64,000 nucleotides of DNA. Origin: Escherichia coli (GTDB taxonomy: Bacteria; Pseudomonadota; Gammaproteobacteria; Enterobacterales; Enterobacteriaceae). Below are positions 63,782 to 64,000 of the stretch, piece after piece. The translations under genes were made by a program, and so were the position numbers. Below the pieces are notes generated by a model that saw nothing but the letters and a program-made list of their open reading frames with translations, did no database searches and was not told the origin of the DNA. The number at the start of each line of letters is the position of its first letter. Positions within the stretch are counted from its first letter, which is position 1. The stretch lies in assembly GCF_022846255.1 (NCBI RefSeq), contig NZ_AP025682.1. One strand, written 5' to 3'.

Positions 63782-64000
63782 TTACGAAAGCCCGCTCCCC
63801 GCAAGGACTGACGCCAGATAGTTTCTGTCCATGGCTGCTTTTCGCATCTTACGTCTTAACCCTGCCTTGAATACCTTATCATTCGTCAAAATATTAATAG
63901 CGATGTGCCGTATCCCTGAAAATAATTCTGCTGCATTTCCTCTTCTTATTTTGCAGTCGTCTTCATTCATTACCACGTCCAGACGCCAGTGCAGCTTATT
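63782..64000 (-). CDS. Second ISAs1-family transposase gene, 3' part only (continues past window end)
   Basis: Encoded C-terminus differs by one residue from the last 64 aa of the first copy. Confidence 0.7.
   Translation of the reverse strand, partial: NKLHWRLDVVMNEDDCKIRRGNAAELFSGIRHIAINILTNDKVFKAGLRRKMRKAAMDRNYLASVLAGSGLS

Overview
This window reads as an Escherichia coli-type chromosomal segment in reverse orientation relative to the K-12 map, as recalled from memory (no database search was possible). It runs from the 3' end of the ecp fimbrial operon (ecpC', ecpD, ecpE), ykgJ and yagU, through tRNA-Thr thrW, proA, proB, phoE, crl, frsA, gpt, pepD, prfH, an rtcB-like gene, yafP-yafO-yafN-dinB, then yafL, yafK, yafJ, gmhA, fadE, ivy, yafV and tandem ISAs1/H-repeat elements. 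Between dinB and yafL, where K-12 keeps only the lfhA/lafU remnants, sits an apparently intact Flag-2 lateral flagellar locus of about 37.5 kb (17557..55072) with about 42 genes. All flagellar ORFs look full length, including lfgC. The most interesting feature is a three-gene insert inside Flag-2 (37922..41988): a protein of unknown function, an ~814-aa three-domain glycosyltransferase (GT2-like + GT25-like + TagB/TagF-like glycerophosphotransferase) and a TagD-like cytidylyltransferase. I interpret this as a candidate CDP-glycerol-dependent flagellin glycosylation module; that is inference, not demonstrated. Other points: two perfect sigma54 promoter motifs (upstream of lfgB and lafB), a LafK activator without a receiver domain, an inverted pair of ~130-bp compound repeats flanking 9.4 kb of the hook/rod region, REP elements between cistrons of the lfg operon, an intact prfH/rtcB pair, and an integrase remnant beside thrW with no prophage. 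Calls rest on recognition of protein sequences and motifs by eye.
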